From Candidatus Zixiibacteriota bacterium (GTDB taxonomy: Bacteria > Zixibacteria > MSB-5A5 > GN15 > JACZUZ01), in NCBI GenBank assembly GCA_024280835.1, contig JAJRPJ010000006.1, positions 149,656 to 213,655 of the forward strand: a stretch of DNA of 64,000 bases, written 5' to 3'. Of this stretch, positions 30,228 through 40,584 are shown piece by piece. The position numbers were made by a program, and so were the translations under genes. How positions within the stretch are numbered: the stretch's first letter is position 1; every line of letters begins with the position of its first letter. The notes beneath the pieces are model-generated. The model was not told where the DNA came from, made no database searches, and saw only the letters and a program-made list of their open reading frames with translations.

Positions 30228-32885
30228 ATGACTCTAACGTATTCCATACACAAATCCACTACCAATGTTGGTAGGCGGCGCTTTTTCGCATTGAAGCTGC
30301 TCTTGGCGTTTGCTTCTATTACGCTAACTAGTGAAGCTACAGTTTATGGGCAGTCAAGTTCCGAAACAAGTGGCGCCTCAGTTGCGGTTCCTGAATTCGA
30401 AGAAATTGTTATCAATTTTGAAGTTCAGCGATTACTGAATGCTGATATCTTCGCACAATATGACGGCGAAAATATATACCTGCCTGTCAAGAGAATCTTA
30501 GAGATTCTTGGAATGCAAATCAAAATTGCTGAGGGACAAAGCCGGCTAACAGGTTTTTTGAATTCGAAGTCAGAAAAGCTTGAAATTGATCTAACACGAA
30601 ACAAGATTCGCACACCGTATTTTGAAGGCCAACTTGCAGCCATTGACTATTTTGCAAATAGTGTAGATATGTATGTTAGACTAGATTTGTTCGAAAAGTT
30701 TTTCGGTTTACCAGTAGTTTTCTACTTTGGCGAACTTCGCGCTTTCTTGCCGTTAGATAAGAGTTTTCCGACCTATCAAAAAATAAAACGCAAACTAGTT
30801 CAAAAAGCTTTGCGCAAAAAACAAGTCGTCCTCTCTGATATACACACGCTATCACGTACTAGCAGTTATCTAACAGGCGGTGTTGCGGATTGGTCGCTCT
30901 CAACAAACCCAGTCGGGGGTGGAGAACAGTTTGCCAATTTAACTCTCGGTGGAATGGTTCTCGGGGGTGATGTCAATGTTGGCATGGCAGGTGACACACG
31001 GCAAGGTTTTGACGCAAACCAAATGCGAATGCGCTGGCGTAGGCATTTTGACGACAAACCTGCTATTTCTCAAGTTGAACTTGGAGACGTATTTACTGGC
31101 TCAAGTCTGTCACGCTCATTGCGCGGTGGACGCATTACTAACAAACCGTTGGTGCAGCGTAAGTTTTTTGAATCTGTGAATCTCTCGGGAGACTTAGGGG
31201 CCAATTGGGAAGTTGAGCTATTTGTCGATGGTCGACTAAAGGATTTCACAACCACGGACGCCGAGGGTCGCTACGACTTCAATCTCGATGTTTTCTATGG
31301 CGCTTCTGTGATTGAGCTCAAAATGTATGGTCCCAACGGTGAAACACGAACCGAAGAACGCTACCGTCGGATACCGTTCAATCTTATTCCACGTGGAAAT
31401 CTTGACTACGACTTCGGTGTTGGAGAACAAGATCGCTTTGACACTTCCCGCCTTTATAGTAACGGCAGCGTGTCCTACGGCCTGACATCAAAAATAACTT
31501 TGGGCGCTGGAGTGGACTTTCCAATAACACCTAGAGCTGACGAAATAGCGCTCTTTGCTGGTGAAGTCGCTTTCCAAATGTTTTCTAACCTAACTCTCAA
31601 TTCTTCTATTTCGCCGAACAATGAGATTGCCTATGGTCTCAGCTATACTCAGGCAAAAGTTAGCCTCGCTGGTTCGTACAAAAAGTTCTATGAGGGTTCG
31701 CCACGTAACATTCTCAATCAACTTGATAGATTATCGGTTTCTGTGTCGAGTCCATTCAAATTACTTAACCAGAATGTTGGAGTTCGTTTTCATACTACAA
31801 TAGATCGCTTTCCGACATTCAAAACAACGAATATGAACTACGGTTTTAATGCCTCATTGCCACGTGTTAATCTAAATTACATTGGAAAATACAAAATTAG
31901 TTCGTCGCTATCAGCTAGTACAAAAGATATCTCAAGCCAAATGTTTGCAACCATATCGCTATCGCGTTGGTTACGGCCTCAGGTTAGAGTGGAATACAAC
32001 CATACGGCTGGCGCATTGACCAAATATGGTATTTTTGTTGGTCGCCGTGTCTTTAGAACTGGACAAGTGACCCTTTCATACGAACGTAATCCATTGGTGG
32101 GTACCAGTATTGCGATGTTTACATTTAGTTTGCTGACAGATTTTGCGTCGATGACGTCCCGTTCAATTGCGACAACTGGAAGAATGAACATGAATCAATT
32201 GTACCGCGGCTCAGTACGTTATGACTAAAACACAGGCTCCTTGCTCTTTGATAGGAACAATGGTGTTGGCCTTGGTTCAGCTGTTGTGCAACCTTTTCTT
32301 GATGACAACTACAATGGTCGAAAAGATGAGGGCGAAGAAGAGTTGCAAGGTCTCAGAGCAAAAATCAACGGCGCAGGAGGCGCTCCCAGAGCGGGCAATA
32401 GCTTGTACTACTACAACAGACTACGTCCATATGATAATTACATTGTTCAAATCGACGAGTATAGTCTCGATGATCCGCAGTTGAAACCTCTACATGACAA
32501 CTATAGTGTGGCGGTTAATCCCAATATGGTAACTTCAATTGAAGTGCCAGTTGTGACCGCTAGCGATATTATGGGAGCTGTCAAACGTGTGACCGATGTT
32601 GGACCAGTTGGAGTTGGTGGAATCAAGATCGTCATATTTAATGTTTCGCGCGATGTCGTAACGCAAGTTGATTCATTCAATGACGGTGAGTTCTATTATC
32701 TGGGGCTATTACCAGGACGCTACCGTGCTTACATAGATAACGACCAGCTAGAATCCTATGGATACAAAGCGACACCACCCTCAATTGAATTTGAGATCAA
32801 GCCTGAACCAGGTGGTTCGACAATTGAAGCAATTGACTTTCTTCTTTCGCCGGCTTTGGTAGAGGTGGACAAAGAGAGTAACTAA
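30228..32885 (+). pseudogene. Usher-like outer-membrane protein interrupted by one in-frame TAA (32226-32228)
   Basis: Usher hallmarks VELGD...RGGRITNKP, WEVELFVDGRL, GASVIELKMYGPNGE; C-terminal PFLDDNYNG..D.GE and GEFYYLGLLPGRY. The two ORFs share a frame; read-through gives about 885 aa. Confidence 0.7.
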
Positions 32886-32911
32886 GCGCTTAACATTTAT
32901 TGACGCTCTCT

Positions 32912-35233
32912 TTAGTTGTCTGAATCGACACGTGTTGCGAGATCAAACTGCAAGCACGCTTCAAGCATCACCGAATCAATCGTTAATCCCAAATTTGACT
33001 GAGGCAATTTTTTTGCTTCAATGGGATCAATGCTCCAAATACCTCTGTTCCAGTCAAGCGCCTGTGCGATAGCCTCGATGCCGACTAATTCTGCGCAAGA
33101 TGCGAAGTGGACACGATTGTCTTCAGCAAATACAACCAACTCTTTCCCGTGAGCAGTAATACTAAGTTGTAGGGGTCTGGAGCTATCACGAAGAGCCTGC
33201 AAGAGCTTGATTAAGTTCATATCCTCAAGTGTGCCATGAGTGCCCATATCTTGCAAGACCGAAAGACGAACTTGGGATAGATCGTTCAAACGTTTCTGAG
33301 AGCGAGCTATCTTGGTTACCAGAATTTCTGGATTAACGGACATCGAAAAGATATCTTCAATTCCGTGCTTTATTGACCAAATGACATTATCGAGATTGTC
33401 CTCAGAAACAATCAGCATTGTTGGCGTGTTCTCAAATGTGACACCTTGTAGCGCAAGAGCAAACAGTGTGTCAGTAATCTCCTGAACGTTTCCATTATGC
33501 AAGATTATCAAAGCCTGCGGATCGGTATCATTAGCTAGTTGAAAATATTCGGTAGTTGAAGTCGAAGCAGAGCTACCAAATCCAGCTGATAGTAGGGAAC
33601 CCTCAAGTCGAAATTTGAATCCTGAATCATTTTCACTTGCCATGTCCAGAATGTGGACTGAGTATAGTTCGCCATGCTCTCCTTGCGACCCAGCGCTATC
33701 TTCAATGATTTCAAGCGCTACACTAACAACACTCGGTATAGCAAGTGAGCGTGAAAATTGTCGCATGAATCTATTCACGTCAGTGAGCTGATCCTTAGTC
33801 AATGCTGATGGTGTAGGCCACTGATGACAGTAGTAGTCAGCAACAGCAAGGATACATCCAGCCAGTGCAAAATCAGTGTCTGTATCATTGTGTTCTTGAC
33901 TCGGTCGTGACATTATTCTCAATAGTGAAATCACTTCAGAAGGAGAATCGAGAGACTCAAGTCTACTTGCCGAGAGAGGAATTATATCTGATTGGCTATA
34001 ATTGTTAGGCTCTTTGAGGTCTCGCAGGGCTATGTCATGCCAATGCGCAGCAGAGAGCAGAGCCATGCGGAGTGACTGTGAAAATGAATAGTGGTCAGCC
34101 AGCTTGGCGCATAGATCAGAGACCGCCGCTGCATGTGCGTGAAGAGCCTCCTCTGGAACGTCCGAGAGGTAGCTGTTCAGTCGAAGATTAGACTCAAAAA
34201 AGTCGATCATCTGAGTGTCATAAACATCACCAGTAATCAAGCCTTTTTCGGATGAAAAGTATCGAACAGGTATTGGCTCATCGCTACCGACCAAATTTTG
34301 CAACCCTGTTCTTAGCGCTTGTGAAGAACCCCTGAAAGACTCGTGAATAAGCGCTAGTCCTATTCGGTCTTTAGTGATCTCTTCAAGCGCCTTATCACAA
34401 TTTTCAGCAATGACTGGGACGATGTTCTCCGCTCGTAAGGCAAACACCAAATGGGCGCTCAGCGCTCCTTTAGGCGTCACAAATAGAATCTTTTGAGACT
34501 TAACTTCATTTCCAGAAATCACTTCGTATTGCTCGGATTGCCGTTTGCCATTTTGAGAACTATCGCTTGACGGCTTCTCATTATGTATTGGGCTATCAAC
34601 ATTATTCGAAAGATAATTCAACGGTTGAGACTGCGAATCGGCATCAGCTAGAGCTGATTCCAAGAGTCGATCATTTTGTTCTTCACGCTCACGGTTTTCA
34701 ATTCGCAGTATGAGCTTCTCGATTGTCTCGGTTGTTTCAGATTGCAACGCAATTCTTACAGAATATTGACAAATCAATAAACCTTCCAATTTCAGAGGTA
34801 ACTCTTCATCGGTCTGGTTCTGACAGAGGATGGTTAGTGTCTTTTCATTTGAATCATACTGCGCTGGAACAATCAATAGATCGCGCATGACAGGTAGAGA
34901 AAAATACGAAGTTGCCTGACTTTCCATTTGTACATCAAAGGCAACTGGCTTGCTGGAGTTGTTGCTTGTTTGATGTAAGTTACAATTTCGATTTTGAGAA
35001 TCTGTATCTATTGGGGATAGAGAGTTGAGGATGGAAGGTATTTGCTCGAAATCACTTACAGAGCCATCAAATAGTGTGTCCTTAGACTCAGAGTGTTGTT
35101 CAAACGAGCTAGTTGATTTAGGTGGATCGTTTGAGGGAGTTTGATTCTTCTCTGGACCTAGATCATCACTTTGTATGAAATCAAAATTGAACATTGAATC
35201 GCTAAGATTGAGGTTTTTTTCGGAGTCGTTCAT
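32912..35233 (-). CDS. Multidomain signalling protein: T2SSE_N/MshEN-like + degenerate HD + REC-like + DUF4388
   Basis: LLIVPAQYD..KTLTILC (T2SSE_N-like); HAAAVS.L...AAHWHDIA (HD); C-terminal GTLEDMNLIKLLQ...GIEAI..AL.WNRG (DUF4388). Confidence 0.6.
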   Translation of the reverse strand: MNDSEKNLNLSDSMFNFDFIQSDDLGPEKNQTPSNDPPKSTSSFEQHSESKDTLFDGSVSDFEQIPSILNSLSPIDTDSQNRNCNLHQTSNNSSKPVAFDVQMESQATSYFSLPVMRDLLIVPAQYDSNEKTLTILCQNQTDEELPLKLEGLLICQYSVRIALQSETTETIEKLILRIENREREEQNDRLLESALADADSQSQPLNYLSNNVDSPIHNEKPSSDSSQNGKRQSEQYEVISGNEVKSQKILFVTPKGALSAHLVFALRAENIVPVIAENCDKALEEITKDRIGLALIHESFRGSSQALRTGLQNLVGSDEPIPVRYFSSEKGLITGDVYDTQMIDFFESNLRLNSYLSDVPEEALHAHAAAVSDLCAKLADHYSFSQSLRMALLSAAHWHDIALRDLKEPNNYSQSDIIPLSASRLESLDSPSEVISLLRIMSRPSQEHNDTDTDFALAGCILAVADYYCHQWPTPSALTKDQLTDVNRFMRQFSRSLAIPSVVSVALEIIEDSAGSQGEHGELYSVHILDMASENDSGFKFRLEGSLLSAGFGSSASTSTTEYFQLANDTDPQALIILHNGNVQEITDTLFALALQGVTFENTPTMLIVSEDNLDNVIWSIKHGIEDIFSMSVNPEILVTKIARSQKRLNDLSQVRLSVLQDMGTHGTLEDMNLIKLLQALRDSSRPLQLSITAHGKELVVFAEDNRVHFASCAELVGIEAIAQALDWNRGIWSIDPIEAKKLPQSNLGLTIDSVMLEACLQFDLATRVDSDN

Positions 35234-35435
35234 TTGGACATCTCTGAGTGAAGTTTTAGGCTAAATTATCTAATCGTGCTCTCTGATATGAGTATCGACG
35301 AAGAGCCAGAACCACTGAAGAGCTATTGCTCTCTCAGGTGAGAGATGAACACATATTGCTCTACCTATGGGCGAAATCCCACACGTTTTCAGGAGTGAAT
35401 AATTGAGAAAAGCTATGAGGTTGTCAGGTAGTGAG

Positions 35436-36512
35436 CTAGAATCGCAGGATAAGATTTGCCGCTGAAAATCCAGGTCCAAGAGCAGTCACCAGAGCCAAAT
35501 CACCAGGCTGGTATTTGCCTTCGGCTAGAAAGCGTTCGATTACGAGCATGACAGTTGCCGACGAGCAATTGCCATATTGTCGTATAATGTCCGCCGATAG
35601 AGAAAATGCCTCAGGTGGTTTACCAAAAGCTTCAACATAGGCCTCAAGGACTTTTCGGCCTCCGGGATGGATCAAAAAATGGTCTATATCTGCAAGTGAC
35701 AAGCGATTATCGTCAAGAAAACTATCCAAACAATCACGCATCTTTTCTTTAACGATTGTCGGGATAGACTGCGAGAACACAACTTGCATACCATCGTTTT
35801 GAAGATTCCAACCCATCACATCCAGCGAGTCAGGCCAAAGAGTTGTCCCATCAGCAATAATCGAACAACCAGACAATTCAGATTCCGCTCCAACCAATAG
35901 CGCCGCAGTGACACCGTCAGCAAACAAGGCAGTGGCGATAAGATTGCTTTTCGAAAAGTCATTGAATTGAAAAGTCAGTGAGCAAAGTTCGACATTTACC
36001 AAAAGGGCCTTAGCTTTGGGAGTGCCGCGCAAGAGATCATTGACATGAGCCAGTCCAGCCGCTCCACCGCCACATCCGAGTCCCCAAATTGGAATGCGCT
36101 TGGTATTAGGCCGCATTCCTAACTTTCCAATTAGCCTTGCATCAATTGAAGGAGTTGCTATCCCAGTTGAGGAAACAAAAACCAAATAATCAACTTCGTC
36201 AGGGGCGAGGTCAAAGCGCCGCAAGAGTTTGCTGATAGCGCCTGCTGATAGTTCGACACTTTGCTCTATGTAAGTATCGTTCTTTTGCTGGAAAGTTTTC
36301 GGCTCGGCAAACCACGAAATAGGCACACAAAGATTACGCGAGTCAATTTCAGCATTCTCAAAAGTACGCAACAATCGATCCAATCCATTTAGCCGTCCTG
36401 CAAAAAACTCACGAGCAAAGCCCAATATTTCACTTTGGTCCAAATAGTAAGGAGGTGGATTAGATTGCACTCCGACTAAGCGTGCATGAGTCATATTTGA
36501 GGAGTTGTTCAT
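35436..36512 (-). CDS. Type III polyketide synthase (chalcone synthase family)
   Basis: Cys-His-Asn triad: GLGCGGG, HPGG, GNCSSA; also VELCSL and ALGPGF. Start uncertain (ORF extends to 36554). Confidence 0.9.
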   Translation of the reverse strand: MNNSSNMTHARLVGVQSNPPPYYLDQSEILGFAREFFAGRLNGLDRLLRTFENAEIDSRNLCVPISWFAEPKTFQQKNDTYIEQSVELSAGAISKLLRRFDLAPDEVDYLVFVSSTGIATPSIDARLIGKLGMRPNTKRIPIWGLGCGGGAAGLAHVNDLLRGTPKAKALLVNVELCSLTFQFNDFSKSNLIATALFADGVTAALLVGAESELSGCSIIADGTTLWPDSLDVMGWNLQNDGMQVVFSQSIPTIVKEKMRDCLDSFLDDNRLSLADIDHFLIHPGGRKVLEAYVEAFGKPPEAFSLSADIIRQYGNCSSATVMLVIERFLAEGKYQPGDLALVTALGPGFSAANLILRF

Positions 36513-36624
36513 TGAATGTCCGTTTGTCTCTCTTGAAATTCTCATAGTCCCCAATAATAAAACTAATGAATGTGAGGACTCTGATGACCGAAAACAATTG
36601 TTGCTACAGCAGTCGAAGAGACAA

Positions 36625-37500
36625 TCAAATTGGATACAATAACAAAATTATGGCCGCCAGCCAGAGGATGATATTTATCAGCAATGGTCGGTCGGTAAGA
36701 AGTAGTCGTGTCGGTGAGCCCCCACTTTCCTTCATATGCACTAAGTAAAGGTAGCGGAAGATGCCATAGAATACAAATGGTGTAGTTAGCCAGAGATATG
36801 TTGTGTGGAGCTTGGCTTGAATCTCTGGCGAAATGACGAACATGATATAAGTGATGACAACTGCGGCGCTAACAACAGTAATTAATTGATCAAGAAGTGG
36901 CGCTGAATAACTGTCCAAACTGACGCGATGTGTTGCGGCGTCTTCCTTATTGAGTAGCAGCAATTCATGTCTACGTTTACCGAATCCCAAGAACAAAGCC
37001 AGTAAGAAAGTACAAACTGAGAGCCCCGCATCAAAATGAACGCCAATAGCCGCCGAACCAGCCCAAGCGCGAAGAACAAAACCTACAGCAATTATCATCA
37101 CATCCAGAATCACTAATCGTTTTAGGAACAACGAATACATGACACTATTGATGACATAACCCACCGCGATAATCATAAAGAGTTGACCGAGTTGAAAAGC
37201 CCCTAGAGCGCTGACGAGAGCTAGCAAAATTGCAATTGCTGTTGCAGCATTGAAAGATACAGAGCCCGAGGCCAGTGGTCGCAGGCGTTTGATTGGATGG
37301 GCGCGGTCGCTTTCTCGATCCCGCATATCATTGATGACATAAACAAATGAAGAGAGAGCGCAAAATGTTGCAAAAGCCAATGCGGCTTGAACTAGCGCCT
37401 CTGCATGAAAGGCCTGACCGCCAAATATTAGCCCGCCAAAAAGTAGGCCGTTTTTTATCCAGTGACTGGGTCGGAGGAGTTTGATATAAGGTGTTAGCAT
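36625..37500 (-). CDS. UbiA-family prenyltransferase, decaprenyl-phosphate phosphoribosyltransferase-like
   Basis: LRPSHWIKN, NDMRDRESDRAHPIKRLRPLASG, KRRHEL. Confidence 0.85.
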   Translation of the reverse strand: MLTPYIKLLRPSHWIKNGLLFGGLIFGGQAFHAEALVQAALAFATFCALSSFVYVINDMRDRESDRAHPIKRLRPLASGSVSFNAATAIAILLALVSALGAFQLGQLFMIIAVGYVINSVMYSLFLKRLVILDVMIIAVGFVLRAWAGSAAIGVHFDAGLSVCTFLLALFLGFGKRRHELLLLNKEDAATHRVSLDSYSAPLLDQLITVVSAAVVITYIMFVISPEIQAKLHTTYLWLTTPFVFYGIFRYLYLVHMKESGGSPTRLLLTDRPLLINIILWLAAIILLLYPI

Positions 37501-37550
37501 CTCAGCGCAAAAGTAATAGGTTTTGTTGTAGTTCGCCAGTTGAGAATTTG

Positions 37551-38225
37551 TTATGAACTTGTCGTCTCGAACGGTAAGGCGGTTTTAAGAGGGATGTCCA
37601 ATTCAAGTAGGAACTTGGCTCCTAGCTCTCTGGCTTCTTGTGTGTTGCCGCCGACGTTTTCAACTGTCAAACGAACAAAGCTAGCGTCGGTGGGCCGAAA
37701 GACCAGCGCATTTTTGACCAAATCAAACTTGAGCGCGAACTCCCCACGAATAGCTCCAGAACGAGTTTCAAACCAATAGAACATGACTTGCTTCGTATTT
37801 CTGCGGCCGATAGTCAAGACATTGACTGGTTGAGTTAGTCCAGCCGAAAGTGTTAGCGAGTATGGGTCAATCGAGTCAATACGCCAACCGCCACCTGGTA
37901 GGCATTGCTTGGGACTATGAATTTGCGAGCCGTATTTTTGTTCTTTGAAGTAAGCGATGAACAGCCAATAGACATTGCCTTGAAGGTCTTGGTAGCGACG
38001 TAGAGTTGTTGTATCGGCTTTGAGAATACTATATGTCGATTCAGGAAACCGTCTCTCAGAGCCGACATAGTCAGCGAACTCCATGGGAATAGCAGAGAAA
38101 TCAGGGCCATGGGCGGCTTTGACTTCATAGTAGCGCATGAACAGCCCCAGTGTACCACCTATGACAAGTAGGGCCAGCGGAGCCCAGGCTATTGAGAATT
38201 GAATCTTTCTTTTAGTTTCTGTCAT
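37551..38225 (-). CDS. epsI: EpsI-family exosortase-associated protein
   Basis: LFIAYF..Q..GSQIHSPKQCLPGGGW, YWF, RPTDASFVRL; ATG 38225. Confidence 0.85.
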   Translation of the reverse strand: MTETKRKIQFSIAWAPLALLVIGGTLGLFMRYYEVKAAHGPDFSAIPMEFADYVGSERRFPESTYSILKADTTTLRRYQDLQGNVYWLFIAYFKEQKYGSQIHSPKQCLPGGGWRIDSIDPYSLTLSAGLTQPVNVLTIGRRNTKQVMFYWFETRSGAIRGEFALKFDLVKNALVFRPTDASFVRLTVENVGGNTQEARELGAKFLLELDIPLKTALPFETTSS

Positions 38226-38235
38226 TTGCGCTGTG

Positions 38236-39093
38236 TCATTTCTTTGACCGAAAGCGGTTGAGAATAGCATTGATAATAGCCAGAATAACAAAGGCCATCA
38301 CAAAAACAGAAAGCCCCATAATAGTGTGCAGCGGCTCTTCGGTAACTTCGGCGCCGATTGTGAATGCCAAAACAGCTGTAAGGAATACTCGCGCGGCATT
38401 AACGACGACAGTGATTGGGATTGTTGAAAGGAATAAAACGCTACGTTTGAGGACGGTGACTTGGCTGAAATAGGAATACATTGCCCCCAGCGCCAGAAGC
38501 GAAAGCATGCTCCGAATTCCAGAGCAGGCTTCCACAACTTCCAGCGAGATACCGCTGAGGTGGATAATATTCCCCTGTCGGACAGCGGGGACACCAATGA
38601 TTTCAAGAGCTTTGATAGAGACTTTTGTCGCGAATAACTGCATCGGAAAAGTGAGCGAATAATAGATGACATAGGGCAATGGAATCATAAATAGCAAAAA
38701 GCCCAGTTCAAACCAAACCTCACGCAAGAATCCAGAGCCAAAGTGAAAGAGAACTAATCCCGCCAATGCGATTACAAATGAAACTCGAACTGTAAAATAC
38801 TCCGCTCCTGCGCTCCCGACCACAAAGAGAATCAAGGCCATCGCCAACAGTGGCAAACCGAACTTTGAACTGTCACCGACACGGCCAGCAAGACGCTCTT
38901 TTTTCTTCCAGAGCAAATACCCAGAGACAACAGGCACCAAGAAACCATGGGAGTAATTTGCATCATTCCACCAGTCTGAAACCAAGTCCGCCAACACTGG
39001 CGCATAGACAAGGAACAAAACACCAAATGAATACTGGGCTTGACGGAATCTCTGCTTGAGATCGATGGTGATATGTGCGCTATTAGATATCAT
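38236..39093 (-). CDS. Exosortase (EpsH/XrtA family)
   Basis: YSHGFLVP, FMIPLP; catalytic Cys in EACSGIRS, Arg in NAAR, His in LH..MG. Confidence 0.9.
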   Translation of the reverse strand: MISNSAHITIDLKQRFRQAQYSFGVLFLVYAPVLADLVSDWWNDANYSHGFLVPVVSGYLLWKKKERLAGRVGDSSKFGLPLLAMALILFVVGSAGAEYFTVRVSFVIALAGLVLFHFGSGFLREVWFELGFLLFMIPLPYVIYYSLTFPMQLFATKVSIKALEIIGVPAVRQGNIIHLSGISLEVVEACSGIRSMLSLLALGAMYSYFSQVTVLKRSVLFLSTIPITVVVNAARVFLTAVLAFTIGAEVTEEPLHTIMGLSVFVMAFVILAIINAILNRFRSKK

Positions 39094-39475
39094 GGATAAT
39101 AGAATTTGAAATGCCGCTTAGTTAGACTATATCGTTATAGACCTATACTACTTGATTGCGGCTATTTGGCGTTGTTTTCGACATTCTTTCTGCTGGTTTC
39201 TGAAATCTGGGGCGTTTTTCTTGGTCTGAGTTTCCCTAGACTCATTTTCGACCTGATTTAGCTCTTGATAACTAGCATTCAATGCAAAATAAGCGTTACT
39301 TTGAGACCGCCCCCAAAAGTGTCTTTTGGAGTGGTCAATGCTATGAAACATCTGAGAGCATAGTCCTAGAAAAAACATAGTCTTACTAAACCAGAATTAG
39401 GTCGTCTCAGAGCAGCTCATTAAGTATAATAAATTGAGCATTATGACAGTGACAAGAAAATGAGAAATAGCTTTT

Positions 39476-40555
39476 ATGGTCGATAAATCTACAACAAGTA
39501 AAGCAGTCCCAACTTCACAGGCATCAAGAGCCGAAGAATCCTCTGGCTCGACAGAGCGCAGTCCACTAAGGCGCCGTAGATCGTTTGAAAAAGGCCCCCG
39601 CAGGTCTGGAGGAAGATCCGAGGGTAAGTCTACTCGTAATCGCAGTTTAAGAGGGAAATCACGCCGTCCGCGTAAGCGTGTAATCATGCTCGTCAATAGT
39701 CAGGCCAAACGTTTCAATTCAAATGAAGCTAATAATTTCGCGAATCAACTGACCGCTGCGGGTCACGAAGTCACGATACTACGACCTGAGTCGTCCTCGG
39801 ATATGGCCAAACAAGCCTCTGAGGCAGCCCAAAAGAGACCGCTTGCCCTGGTGGCAGTTGGTGGTGATGGGGCGGTCAATCTTGTTGCGCGAGCTGTTAT
39901 TGGAACTGATGTTCGCTTGGCGGTTTTACCACAAGGGAAGTGCAATGATTTCTTTACTTCATTGATAGGTAAACCATCGTATGCTAGGGCAGTTGAAGCA
40001 TTCAAAAGTGGCGCTGTCAGATCAATTGATTGTGGTGTAGTTTCTGGGCAACCATTCTTTACTTCTGTCGGGTTAGGCTTGTTGCCAGCGCTTAGCGAGG
40101 CGCTCTCTGGACGCTCATTGCCGAGATTCGGTATTGGCTGGTCGAGATTGACCACCAGAGTCAGTGAAACACTTGAGCGTCAAAAGACACCAGTGCGAAT
40201 TGATGCATACCGTTTCGATCTCGAACCGCAGATGATTACAGTCAGTATTTTGCCGTATTGTTTGGGTTTGAAATTATCGCCAACAGCGCTTTCCGATGAC
40301 CGTCGTCTAGAAATAACACTAGATATGAATGAAGACGATTCACAGCCCTCAAAATTTATTCGAAGTGTCTACAAACAAGACTATAGTTTCGAAGGAAGTT
40401 ATAGATTGTATCGTGGTGAAGAAGTCATTATCGGCTCCACAAAAGGCAGAAAGTTATATCTCGATGGAGAGTTGATAGAAACACCAACTAATCTTCTTGA
40501 AATCAGTATCCAAACCGATCAAATACAAGTTTGTCTTCTGAACAATGAGTCATGA
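39476..40555 (+). CDS. Diacylglycerol/lipid kinase family protein with a basic N-terminal extension
   Basis: VGGDGAV, LPQGKCNDF, LDGE. Confidence 0.75.
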   Translation: MVDKSTTSKAVPTSQASRAEESSGSTERSPLRRRRSFEKGPRRSGGRSEGKSTRNRSLRGKSRRPRKRVIMLVNSQAKRFNSNEANNFANQLTAAGHEVTILRPESSSDMAKQASEAAQKRPLALVAVGGDGAVNLVARAVIGTDVRLAVLPQGKCNDFFTSLIGKPSYARAVEAFKSGAVRSIDCGVVSGQPFFTSVGLGLLPALSEALSGRSLPRFGIGWSRLTTRVSETLERQKTPVRIDAYRFDLEPQMITVSILPYCLGLKLSPTALSDDRRLEITLDMNEDDSQPSKFIRSVYKQDYSFEGSYRLYRGEEVIIGSTKGRKLYLDGELIETPTNLLEISIQTDQIQVCLLNNES

Positions 40556-40584
40556 TAAGTTTGTCGATGTAGAAACAGTCACCC

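Noticed and set aside
12999-32228. TAA reassignment or programmed read-through explaining the two in-frame TAA codons
   Set aside because: TAA is the true stop of conserved genes here (phoR, pstA, phoU), and the third break is a frameshift. Mutation or sequence error is simpler.
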